DNA of 64,000 nt from Azolla caroliniana (lineage: Eukaryota; Plantae; Polypodiophyta). The stretch lies in assembly GCA_043228905.1 (NCBI GenBank), contig JBHGNT010000006.1, positions 18,476,001-18,540,000 on the forward strand, in the 5' to 3' direction. Below are positions 1-12,256 of this stretch, piece after piece. The translations under genes were made by a program, and so were the position numbers. Every line of letters begins with the position of its first letter. Position 1 is the stretch's first letter. The notes beneath the pieces are model-generated. The model was not told the origin of the DNA and ran no database searches. It saw only the letters and a list, made by a program, of their open reading frames with translations.

Positions 1-611
1 AGCTCTTCATCTGACTGATCATCTTGACTCAGTCGCTCATTCGGCCCACTTAGCCACAGCGAGATCGGACTCTCGTCTGGAGTACCGAATCCTTTTTCAT
101 CTTCAGCCTGGATCGTTTTGGGCTCACAAGCCTCATTGTCCGGAATCAGGTCCAAGTTGGGGCACGGAGTTGGTAGAGAGTACCAGGATGCCGATTCATC
201 AAATTAGACATCTCGGCTTACTCGCACCGTCTTTGTCCAGGGGTTGTAGCACTTATACCCTTTCTACTCATGTGAGTAGCCGACTAGTATGCATTTCTTC
301 GACTTTGGGTCTAGCTCATCTGGCACATGCACATAGGCAATGCTACCGAATATCCTAAGGTGCCTTAAATTTGGCTCCGTCCGAAATATAGCTCGTGTGT
401 TGACACCTTATCCCTGATACGGTTTTGGATGTAGACGGTCATTCGGACCGCTTCGGCCCAGTAGAACTTGGGCATGGTCTTCTCTTCTAGCATTTCCCTT
501 GCCGCCTCCACAATCGATCAGTTCATCCTTTCAGCCACACCATGTTTTTTAGATGTGTATTTAGAACTGAAATCCTTTCTACTGCAAATAACTATTGAAT
601 TGGCCAAAAAA

Positions 612-1042
612 TGTAAAGAATAGCATGCGGAAGCAAATAGAAAACCGAACACAGAAAATACGCAGGTTTAATGGAGAGCTTGAATATACACAGTACGTGG
701 GAGAGACAAAGAGAGAGCACAGGAAAAAAAATTCAAAATAATACTCAATCTGTACATAGGATGTGCTCAGTGAGCACTTTTATACAAGTCCATACGGACT
801 GACAAAAGTACTAACGCTTACTTCAATGCTCATAACTGAGCTCTACACTAACTCCCAAAATATATTCCTACGCGGAATATCTTTCCAATGGCCTCGCAGT
901 TTACACACCACTACGGCTTCTCGTTACGCACCGGTTTGTGTACTCGTTTTACGCACCGGTCCGGCCTAACCGATCAGTCCCAACCGATCCGGTTCTCGGC
1001 TTGCACAGCCAATGCGGCCAATGTTGAGCTTGTATCTCAACA
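612..1042 (-). repeat. 3' LTR of element A
   Basis: Direct repeat of 5914-6344 with scattered substitutions; followed by the rc PPT. Confidence 0.95.
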
Positions 1043-4000
1043 CTCCCCCTCAAGCTCAACTTGAGGTTCCATCCGCTCTTCCGGATCTACGCTCCAGTTC
1101 CTTCTGGCTTCGCGCCTTGCTCGCGCTCCTCGACCTATTCGATTCTGCGTGCCTCGACCCTTCCGGTCAGCTTGCGTGTCTGTGCGGCCCTTCTCAGCTC
1201 CATTGTTGTTGTGGAGTTGGCGCTTCTTCTGTTGCCCTCTCTTCCGCTTGGCCCTTAGTTGATTCGGCATATCCAAATCAAACATCTGAACCGACTCGGC
1301 TTCCTCCGATCGGTTTTCGCTCTCGTCCGAGTTGGCTGTCTCCAACTCGTCTTTGGTCTTCTCGCCCTTGATGGCTTCATCTCCCCCACGCTTGGTTGGT
1401 TTCGGCTCTTTCTTTCAACTGCTCCCCTTATGTCCGCTTTCGGAATCTTCCGCGGATCCGCCCTCGGCCTCTTCAGCCGATCCGAAATCGAATTCGTCAT
1501 CCGACTCGGCGTCGTGGTCTTCCGGAACTTGTCTCCCCCTTTCGTGGTCATTTGGGACGTCACTCCCCCTCAAGGTTGGCACGTCGGGGTGACGCAACCC
1601 AAGCGCACCCGAGAATTGCCGCAACTTGTCCAGACCAAGAGACTTGGTGAAGACGTCAGCGGTCTGCCGATCCATCGAAACATACTGAAGTTCGACTTCA
1701 CCGGAGAGGACACACTCACAGACGAAATGGTACTGCACCTCAATGTGCTTAGTCTGGGCGTGGAAGACGGGGTTCATTGCTAGTTGGATGTTGTTGAGGT
1801 TGTCACAGTAAATTGTCGTTCGATCGGATACTTTCACCTACATATCCTTAAAGTAGCCGCTTCAACTATATGGCTTCGCATGTCGCGACAACCGCTCATC
1901 TATACTCGGCTTCGGTGCTCGACAGTGCAACTGTCAGCTATTTCTTGCTACTCCACACGATCGTGGCACTCCCCAGAGAGAACGCAAAACCGGACGTGGA
2001 TCGGTGATCGGCGACGTTGCCAACCCAGTCGGTATCGGTGTAGCCGACCAACTGCAGGGTTGTACCTGTCCGATATAGTAGCCATCGGTCCTTAGTGTTG
2101 CTTACGTACCGCAGTATGCATTGCGCACACTAAAGGTGCTCCTCGGTAGCTCGCGCCATGAATTGACTAATCACCCCGACCAAGTAGCTGAGATCTGGTC
2201 GGGTGATGGTCAAGTATATAAGGCTTCCGACTATCTGTCGGAACCTCGTCGGGTCGCATACCTTTCCGGAATCGGGGCGAAGCTTGACAGTTCTATCTAG
2301 AGGAGTCGAGACAGACTTACAGTCGGCCATTCCAAATTTGAAGAGCATACTCAACAAGTAATGTCGTTGGCTGATCAGTATGCCTTGGGGGGTACAGATC
2401 ACTTCGATCCCGAGGAAGTAATGAAGGTCCCCCAGGTCCTTCATGTCAAATAATGCCACAAGCTGGAGCTTTACGCAGTCAATTTCACCAAGGTCGGCGT
2501 CGGTGATGACCAAGTCATCAACATAAAGTAAAATACTAACCGGCCCGAGTCAACCTTTCCAGATGAACAGTGAGGAGTCTGATTTTGACGTTGCAAAGCC
2601 CATCCGATGCAATCGGCACATGATCTTCGCGTTCCAGGCACGCGGGGCTTGCTTTAGTCCGTAAAGGGACTTCTTCAATCGGCACACCGCCAAAGTGTTC
2701 GTTCTGGAGTGAAATCCGAGGGGTTGTACCATGTACACATGTTCCTCAAGCTCACCTTGCAGGAACGCATTCTTTACATCCATCTGATGTAAATGCCACC
2801 CCTTAGCCACTGTTACGGCTAGTAGAACACGCATGGTAGTCATCTTCGCAATAGGCGCAAAGGTCTCATCGTAGTCTTTCGCTACTAACCGGGCCTTGTA
2901 TTAGTTGAGCAAGCCGTCGGTGTTGTACTTGACCTTGTACACCCACCTGCATCCGATCGGCTTCACACCCTTCGGTACGTCAACTAGGTCCTAGGTTTCA
3001 TTTTCAGCGAATGCGCGCATCTCTTCCTCCATTGCGGCACGCCAATTCGCGTCCTTCGCCGCTTCTGTGTAGCTCTCCAGCTCACACACTTCCGCTACAC
3101 AGGTCATGTATGCATAGTGATGCGCCATGTACTTGTTGTATTCAAACCACACAATAGGGTTCTTCTGGCGGGTAGATCGGCGTAATTGTTCATTAGCCGA
3201 TGTTGAGGCCTTCTTAGCCGATGCAGACTTCGCTCTCGAAGACCTGTCATCACTTCCCTCGGAGTCGGACTCGCGTCGATCCGACTCGTTCCTATCCGTG
3301 TCGTAATCCGACACCTTGTTCTTCCCTTTTTCCTTGCGCGTAGCCGTCTCCTCGGCTTCCTGCGCGGGGAATGCACGGCCGAGTTTCCACTACTCGCCGG
3401 CTCTTCATCGGACTGGTCGAATTGACTCAGTCGTCCATTTGGTCTGCTTAACCGAAACAAAATCAAACTCTCTTCGCGGGTCCCGATTTCAGGCTCATGC
3501 GGAGGCATCTCAGCCTCGCTGACCTCATCGTCAGAACTCGGATTGGAGGTGAGGTCTGGAGTCGGAGGCAAGTACCAGGACGCGGACTCGTCAAAAATAA
3601 CATCGCGGCTCAAGCGCGCTTGTTTGGTGTGAGGGTTATAACACTTATAACCCTTCTACTCGTTCGAATAGCTGACCAAGATACACTTCTCGGCTTTCGC
3701 GTCCAGCTTCCTCCGCTTCTCCTTCGGTACATGCACATACGCAATGCTACTGAAAACTCTTAAGTGTCGCAAATTCGTCTTTGTTCCGAAGTATAGCTCA
3801 TGCGCCGGCACTTTTTCTCCGATCCAATTCTGGATGTATACCGCGGTTCGTACTGCCTCGGCCCAATAGAACTTGGGAAAGCTCTTTTCTTCCAGCATTG
3901 CCCACACTGCTTCCACAACCGACCGATTTTTCCTTTCGGCCGCACCGTTTTGCTCCGGCGTATATCTGCAACTGAATACGCATCGAATTCCCATCTGTTG

Positions 4001-5830
4001 CGGATGCCCGTTGAATTGACCAAAGAAGTATTCTTTTCCGCCATCCGACCACAAGCACTTGATCTGCCTTCCTATTTCCCTTTCGACGAAACTCTTGAGA
4101 TCCCGGAAACAGTCGAAGACTACACTCTTCTTCTCAATGAGGTAGATCCACGTGTGCCACGTATAGTCGTCGATGAAGGAGACGAAATATCGACTCCCGC
4201 CAACTAACGTTCTGTGTCGGCCCCCATACATCGGAATGTATCAATTCGAGCTTGTTCCGGCTCCAGTTACGCTCGTTGGGGAAAGGAAGTCGGTGTTGCT
4301 TCCCTAGATGGTAGCCTTCACAAATTTGTGCCTTCCGGCCACTAAATTTGGGCAAATCCGAACACCACCTGTTTCGATTGCAGGTCCTAAAGCCGTTGAT
4401 AGTTGACGTGGCCTATCCGCTTGTGCCATAAGTCGAGATCCAACTCTACTTTTTGTCCTTTCGCAAACATTGTGGTGCCACCGTCACTAGAGTCGAGGAT
4501 AAACATCCTTCTGTCTCTACGCCCTTGCGCAATAACTCAGCCTTCTTCCTCAATGAAGCACCTGAGATGCGTGAATCGAACCTGCATCTCATGGTCGACG
4601 ATCTGTCCAACCGACACCAGGTTCTTCGTGATTGTTGGAATGTGTAACACGTTCATGAGTTTCCCTTTTTGCCCGACATGGCTCAGGGAAACTTCACCGA
4701 CATTCGCGATCGGATGCGGAGTGTCGTCTCCGGTTGCGACTACTCCCGGTTGCATCGGTTTCTCAAGGTATGAGAACTACTCCTTGTGGCACGTCATGTG
4801 GTTTGACGCGCCGAAGTCGACGTACCACACCTCGTCCGATTTCGGGGTGGACTTCTTCATCGAGTTCGCTTCGTGTCTCGACGCGAAGGCTGACCCTTTT
4901 GCAGCTTTTTCGGATCCTTCGGCGTAGTGCGATCGTTGCCGATTACCCTTGTCGGTTTGTCCGGAACCCGATCCGGATCCGGTCCTCTCCAAATCGGCGT
5001 GCTTCTTCTAGCACTCGCTCTCCTTGTGGCCTTTCTTGCCATAGTACCAACATTCCGCGATGGATTTCCCATGCCGGTTCTCATCGCCTCGACTCCCCCT
5101 GTTTCCAGAGGGTTCAAAATTGTTGTTGCCATCACTTCGGTGCCTTCTTCCTTGATCTTGTCGGCCGTCTCCATTGCGCACCGACTCACCTCGTCCGCCA
5201 CGACCACGGGGCCTATCTCCCTCCATGTACAGCATCTTGTTGTTGGCATGCATGCTCGTCGACACACCAATGTGGTTCTCCTTTGTAAGGAGCATCGATT
5301 GAAAACGACGGCGTATTTTCCCGTGTACACATAGCAGTTCAGAATGCTCTGAACTTCGACGCCAGTCCCCCGAGACAGATTTGCACCATCTCACCTTCCT
5401 CGACGTTCACATTGATAGAGGCTAAGGAGTCGCATATCTCTTTGATCTTCGAGGTGTAATTAGCCACCGACAAGTCGCATTGTCGTAGGTTGCTTAGCTC
5501 CTGTCGGAGTTGAAGCTTCCTGGCTGGAGTGCTTGCGGCGAAAATCTTCTTTAGATTTCCCCAAGCATCTTTCGGCGTTTTTGCATCCCGAATGTAGCTT
5601 AGGAGTTGTTCGCCCCCACAAGACGCGAAGCAGTACAATACTCTGCTCGCCGACTGTTCCCACGCCAGGAAATCTCTGTGTGTCGATTCGGGTGCTATGT
5701 CATTTGCTCCGTCGACATAGCTCCAATAATCATGCCTGAGCAGGTACTGGTGCATCTTGTAGCACCAAGACGCGTAATTGTTTCTGTCTAGCTTCTCCGT
5801 CGGAAGCGAGCTAGCCATGCCTCTATCCAT
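1037..5830 (-). pseudogene. gag-pol polyprotein of element A (frameshifts and stops) with a charged C-terminal extension
   Basis: ORF fragments: MDRGMASSLPTEKLDRNNYASW (gag), CWYYGKKGHKESEC, WYVDFGASNHM (PR), FIDD..EQNGAAERKN (INT), [10 protein letters not shown] and YVDD (RT), TKHIEV..ADVFTK (RH). Confidence 0.9.
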
Positions 5831-5913
5831 CAGTTTTACCTGTTCTTCTTGGTTGGTTTTCCTTTCAAGCTATGTCGGTTGCAAAGGTTCTCAACCCTCG
5901 CGCTCTGATACCA

Positions 5914-6344
5914 TGTAAAGAATAGCGTGCGGAAGCAAGTAGAAAACCGAACACAGAAAATACGCAGGTTTAATGGAGAGCTTGAATATACAGAGTACGT
6001 GGGAGAGACAAAGAGAGAGCACAGGAAAAACAATTCAAAATAATACTCAATCTGTACATAGGATGTGCTCAGTGAGCACTTTTATACAAGTCCATACGGA
6101 CTGACAAAAGTACTGACACGTACTTCAATGCTCATAACTGAGCTCTACACTAACTCCCAAAATATATTCCTACGCGGAATATCTTTCCAACGGCCTCACA
6201 GTTTACACACCGTTACGGCTTCTCGTTACGCACCGGTTTGCGTACCCGTTTTACGCACTAGTCCGGCCTAACCGATCGGTCCCAACCGATCCGGTTCTCG
6301 GCTTGCACAGCCGATCCGGCCAATGTTGAGCTTGTATCTCAACA
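5914..6344 (-). repeat. 5' LTR of element A
   Basis: Direct repeat of 612-1042; adjacent to the PBS. Confidence 0.95.
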
Positions 6345-8266
6345 AAAAAGTATTCTTTCCCGCCATCCGACCATAGGCACTTGATCTTTCTCTCTGTTTC
6401 CCGTTTGATAAGACTTTGTAGGTTCTGGAAATAGTCGAAGACTTCGCTTTTCTTCTCAATGAGATAGATCCACATGCGTCGGCTGTAGTCGTCGATGAAG
6501 GAGATGAAATATCGACTTCCACCAAGACTAGCATTCTATGCCAGTCCCCATATATCCGAATGTATCAAGTCGAGTGTGTTACGGCTCCGATCTCTTTTGA
6601 TGGGGAATGGAAGCCGGTGTTGCTTCCTGACCTAACAGGCTTCACAAATTTGGGCCTTTCGGCCACTGAATTTTGGCAAACCAAAAACAACTTGTTTCAA
6701 TTGCATATCTTGAAGCCTCTGATAGTTGACCTAACTGATCCGCTTGTGCCACAAGTCGATATCCGACTCGACTTTTTTTCCTTTTGCGAACAAAGCGGTG
6801 CCTATGTCGTCCGTGTTAAGGATGAACATCCTCCTGTCCTGGCACCCTTGCGCGATGATCCGGTTCTCTTCCTCAATGAAGCACCCGAGATGCGTAAACC
6901 GCACCTACATTCCCTGGTCAACAATCTGCCTGACCGACACCAGGTTCTTTGTGATTGTCAGGACATGAATTACATTCATAAGCTTCCCTTGTTGTCCAAC
7001 ATGACTCAAGGGAACTTCTCCGACATGCACAATCGGGTGAGGAGTGTCGTCTCCGATTTCGACAACTCCCGATTATTCTGGCTTTTCCAGATACGAGAAC
7101 CACTCTTCATGGCTTGTCATGTGGTTTGATGCTCCGGAATCAACGTATCATACTTCCTTCGATCCGGAAGTGGTCTTCTTCATTGAGTTCACCTTGTGCT
7201 TCATCACAAAGGTTGGCCCTTTTCCAGTCTTATTGGTTCTGGATCCTTCTGATCCTTCTGCGTAGTGTGAGCTTTGTCGGTTCCCTTGTCTGGTCTCACC
7301 GGATCCGGATTTATCCAAATCGGTGCGCTTCTTCCAGCACTCACTTTCTCGGTGGCCTTTCATGCCATAGTACTAGCATTCCGTCTTGGCTTTCAATTGC
7401 CGGTTTCCGGCGCCAATTTGACTCCCAATGCTTGTGGAGGGTTCAGAACTACTGTCACCACCATCTCTGTGCCTCTGATTCTGCTCTTGTCGGTTGCCGC
7501 TATTGCGTGCCGACCCACCTCATCCTCTACGCCCACAAGACCAATCAGCCTCCGTGTACAGCATCTGATTGTCCGATTGAGTGGTACTCGACTCACTCAC
7601 GTGGTTTTCTTCGACCATCAACATCGATTGCAGGTCAAAGAAAGACATTAGCTTCTCCCGGGTGCAAATTGCCTTCCAGATTGGCCTACACAGGTGTGTT
7701 ACACCACCGAGGCAGATCTGAACCATCTCGACTTCGTCCACCATCACATTGATGAACCCAAGCGCGTTGCAGATCTCCTTGATCTTGGTGGTGTAGTCGG
7801 TGACCAACATGTCCCGTTGCCGGATATTGTTGTGCTCTTGCCGGAGCTGCAACTTCCGAGCAATGGTACTTCCGGCGAAAATCTTCCAGGGATTTTCCCA
7901 GGCCTCCTTCGGTGACTTTGCGTCTCTGATGTAACCGAGCATTTGGTTGTGCACACAGGACGCGAGGCAGTACAACACTCTGCTCGCTCCTTGCTCCCAT
8001 ACCATGAAGTCCTTGTGTGTCGAATCCGGCGCTGCTACATTTGCTTCTTCCACGTAGTTCCAGTATCCGTGCCCCAGTAGGTACTAGTGCATTTTATACG
8101 ACCAGGACGCATAGTTATTCTGGTCGAGCTTTTCCATAGGAAGCGAGCTCGCCATGCTTCTATCCATATCTTCTCTCTTTCTTTTGTTCTTTACCGGTGA
8201 TTAGGATTTGTCTCTAGGGGTCGCTTGTCAGCAACAGAGGTTCTCAACCCTCACGCTCTGATAACA

Positions 8267-8711
8267 TGTAAAAGTTATTATGCGGAAGCTTAGATAAACC
8301 GACTCAGCCAGATAACAATAGTAAAATAGAAATGAAGGTTTAATGGAAGCTTAAAAATACACAGTACACGGGAGAGACAGAGAGAGAAGAATAGCATAAA
8401 CTCAATTCAAAATAATAACACTCTGTACATACAAATGTCCTACAAAACACTTCTTATACAAGTCCTTAAAATGAGTAACAAAAGTACTGACAAGTACTTC
8501 AATGCTAATAAGAGCGATTAACACTAACTCCAAGGAATATGTCTACGTACTAGGCTTGGAGTGTAGGCTCCAACGGCCTACCAGTTCTCACTATTCCGAA
8601 GTACCATCCAGCTCTCTGATCCGGCCCTAGGTTTCGGATACTAATCTGGTAAATATTCGGTTCTCCGTTCCGAATACCGATTCGAGTTCGGTTGAGCTTG
8701 CCCACTCAACA
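8267..8711 (-). repeat. 5' LTR of copia element B
   Basis: TGTAAAAG...CTCAACA termini, adjacent to the PBS, similar in layout to the element A LTRs. Confidence 0.8.
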
Positions 8712-9085
8712 ACCTTGCAGTCGACTTCTTATGGCGTCTTCACGCCTCATTCACACTCCTCGACTCGTCTGGTTCCGCGCACCTCAATCTTCTCGGTCGG
8801 CTTGTCTGCTCATAAGGCCCATCTCAATTCCTTCGTTGTTGCGACTCCAACACTTCTCGATCTGTCGGTTCCTCCATGTCGGTGTCGACTTCCGGTGCCT
8901 CCTCGTCCATTTGTCCTTCAGTTGATCCGGTTCCTCCGAATCAAACACCTCTTCTGAGCTGGGTGCCTTTGATTCGTTCCAGCTCTTATCCGAATTGACT
9001 ATCTCCAATTCTTCCTCTATCTATAGGCCCTTCAAACCATCAGACCACATTCGGGTCTTGGCCTTCTCCTTCCGGTCCTGCTTGA
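8712..9085 (-). mobile_element. Fragment of a further copia of the A family (post-RNase H tail only)
   Basis: ORF 8784-9008 EIVNSDKSWNES..EVFDSE aligns by eye with ETANSDESENRS..QMFDLD of element A. Confidence 0.65.
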
Positions 9086-9776
9086 GATATGGGAGCACTT
9101 GTTGGCAGTAGTCTGTTGCCAGTATGACAATATGCATGGTTCCCCAGAGACTGTGAGCAAGAGAAGGAAGAAGATTCTTTACTTATGGAAAAAGTTGCCC
9201 CTATTTACAAAGTCAACTCAAGGGCATCAATGGCACTATAGACTTCCATGGACCCTTTCTTGAAAAAATCATGGCAGCGTACATCAGCAAATTCCAACAA
9301 CTTCTACAAAGTCCTATCTTTGGTCTTAAGATTATTGTACATCATTGTACATAAAAAGTTGTAAGCTTCCGGGAAGACAAGTTCAAGCTATAGCCTTCGA
9401 GCATTTTTTCTTAATACTATTGAACAAAATCTTTGAAGAAAATTTTTTTAAAATGTTTCCATCTATCTATCTCAAAGCTCACTATAATCCATAATTTCGA
9501 CCTCATGTAAAACTTGTCATCTCATCGTTTTTCCCCTTTAGGACCTACCACTTAATGACAACTCATATTTACACAATAATGCTCCTGGTACTGGTGAACA
9601 GCATGACAATGCCCACAATCATAGATATTAGGTGGAATTTAGTATCATCAACCATGATTGTTAGAAAAGTTGGGTAGGCCAAAAATAGTTCCTCCCAATA
9701 GTTAGAATCTTAATTAACATTAAGAAAATTTAAAGAGGAAAATAAGGAAGAAATGGTGTCAATCCACCCGACCACA

Positions 9777-9966
9777 TCCTAGCAAAGGTGAGAGACGGAT
9801 CCAAGTCCCTCGCAAGTGTCCCATATCACCATGTTTAGACATGGATTGTACCTTGGGTTTGAAGAAACCTGACCATCTCCTAGGGAAGGTAGAAGACGGA
9901 TCCAAGTCCCCCACCAGTGTCCTATACCACCATGTTCAAACATGGATTGTACTTGGGTTTGAAAAA
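9777..9966. repeat. Two-copy ~101-bp degenerate tandem repeat
   Basis: AGACGGATCCAAGTCCC...ACCATGTT...ACATGGATTGTAC..TTGGGTTTGAA occurs twice. Confidence 0.75.
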
Positions 9967-12085
9967 GGAGGCACACATGTATGAACCTAGAGCTTTGCCA
10001 CATTTTCAAAGTCTCTATCTCAAAAAAATAAAGAAAAGAGATGCCCCTTTACGAAGGTAGCTACCCTTCTTATATAGGCTCAAACCCTAGGCCCTTGTGT
10101 GTGTTTCACAGTAGCCAAGTGATGAAACACTCTAAAGTTATATCCCACCGTAGGATTGAGATAACTCAATCATCACCCTTCATTCCATATGAATTAGCCC
10201 ACAACTACAGTTATGATTACCTTACATACAAGGTAAATGTACCCCTTGTTAATACAGTCCATATTCCAATGCTCTTAGATCTTTATAGGCCTTCATCTAC
10301 TTTATCAACTTTGTCAGAGTAGTTTTAACTTGCATTTAAGCATTCATGATCAAATATAAAGCAACCAAATTCTTGGTTATCCTCATAACACCAATGTAGA
10401 TTATGTATGAAAAATGGCTCTTTTCAAGGTCCCAAATGGTTGGTCGTGACCCAAAGCTTGGATGTATAGTAACTAGAGTTCTACCTCATATTTGTGGTCA
10501 CAAGGTTCTCCAACTAGATGGCTTACTTTTTTTGTGAGGACGACCTTTTCTTAGAGTTAACTGATTGTTTATCGACTCGGAAAGGACATAATATATATGT
10601 GCAAAGGTAACAAGACCTAGTGTCCATGTCGTCTATACCCAAAAAGTCAAACAACAAGATGGGGGATCCCCCATGGACGACCAGTTAGTGTAGAAGGATA
10701 TCAAACAAGCTTACTTGCATTACTACAAAATAAGGGTGTTATCAATGTGCCTTTTCTTGTTAAAAACACATCACTAAGTGATACAAAAAGCATTGTTGTG
10801 GCAAAGAACTTTGGATTCATTCATGGCCAAGTGGAACCACCAAGGTTCGAAACGATGATGGTTGGATTATTTTCATGGGGTAGAGTTTGTAGGATGATGA
10901 AAGAGAGGGTTCCTTATAGGCTAATTGAAAAGTTCGACTAGGATTAGTAGAATTAGGAAGTTAATTAAGACACGATGATTAAGATAGATAGAGATAAGGA
11001 TGTAAACAATATTATGTTAGATTACACTCAAGTCATATGGGAATATTTATGATGTTAGAATTAGTAAGTTAATTGAGATATAATTGTTAAAATAGAGAGA
11101 GAAAAGGATTACGTAAACAATATAACATTACATTAGACTCACAAGAACTATTTGAGACCAATCAAATAGCTCCTTGAACTTTATAGTAATACTAATCAAC
11201 AAATTGTACGATTTTCTATGCATAAGAGTTACCATCTCCTTTACAACCTTCTTCATATTGCCTAAGCAGTTCACAAAGGTATCGTCCACAAACTTTATGG
11301 ACTGTAGATATCATTTTGATGCTTCACAAAGCTATGTGGTTTTCAAATAATGCATGTGCTAGTGTCCCTAAAAGGTTCATGTATCTCAGTTTCTATAAAA
11401 AATAATTACAATTTCTGAAGTTTCTATCAAAAATAATTACAGTTATTGAAGTTGTTAACACTACTATTAAATATCAGAACATTTATAAATAGTGCCACCA
11501 AGACATACTAATGGGATTCGCCAATAGAAATTCATGTCTTACCTTCATCTGCTTTCTTCAATTTTACTGTGGTGTGTAAACTTGTTGAATTTTATTGCAC
11601 TAGTACAGCCTACCAATCATATGGTGAACTAGTGGAATTTACTGCACTGCACACATGGCCAAAATAATTCCTATTGTGTCAAGATATGTGGTCATAAGAA
11701 CCTAATTTCCATGTGTTTTGAGATAGAAATAAAAACACAACTCGTGCAAATGGTGTAGATTGTCAATGCAAAACTTTTGACCCAGTAGAAAAACCAAAAC
11801 TCTTTTTGTAGATCATGTAGATTGTCAACGTGTACAATTCTTGAATGGCATATTTTTTTAATATCATGCAGATTATCATTGAGTACAAGCCTGGGATGGC
11901 TATTCTTTTCATGCACATTATATATTTACATATAATCTTCCTTTTTGATGCAAATTGCACCATATCGGAACACAATTCAGCAGTAAAAATGCACTAAAAT
12001 TAAGATATGGTGCAACATTTAAAATGTCGTACTATTGAATGCCATCTTAGGATATTGTAGGATGCAAGAAGTGATGCTTATGCAA

Positions 12086-12256
12086 TCACTTCATCAATAA
12101 TTCCTTGCAATACTTCACAAGCTTTGGCAGCATCTCTCCAGCTGGACCACATATCATCACATCGGCAACACTGGCATTGCTAGGATTTGGATCACACATA
12201 AGAATCTTCCCCTGACTAGATTTGCACAGATCTACTACAAAGTTTGCCGGTGAAAC
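12086..12256 (-). CDS. sirtuin coding exon 6
   Basis: VSPANFVVDL...GPAGEMLPKLVKYCKELLMK*; TTTTTAAG acceptor. Confidence 0.9.
   Translation of the reverse strand, partial: VSPANFVVDLCKSSQGKILMCDPNPSNASVADVMICGPAGEMLPKLVKYCKELLMK

Larger units (their letters stand above)
612..6344 (-). mobile_element. Full-length but decayed Ty1/copia element A nested in element B
   Basis: 431-bp LTRs at 612-1042 and 5914-6344 (TG..CA). 5-bp TSD AAAAA at 607-611 and 6345-6349. PBS TGGTATCAGAGC (tRNA-iMet) at 5902-5913; PPT at 1043-1051. Domain order gag-PR-INT-RT-RH. Confidence 0.96.
1..8711 (-). mobile_element. Decayed Ty1/copia element B (runs off the left edge; interrupted by element A at 612-6344)
   Basis: Gag (7520-8160), zinc knuckle, protease, GAG-pre-integrase and integrase remnants with many stops. 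Integrase motif SDGGKEYFF|GQFN is split by element A. Met-type PBS (rc gctctgataaca) at 8255-8266 next to the 5' LTR. Confidence 0.9.
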
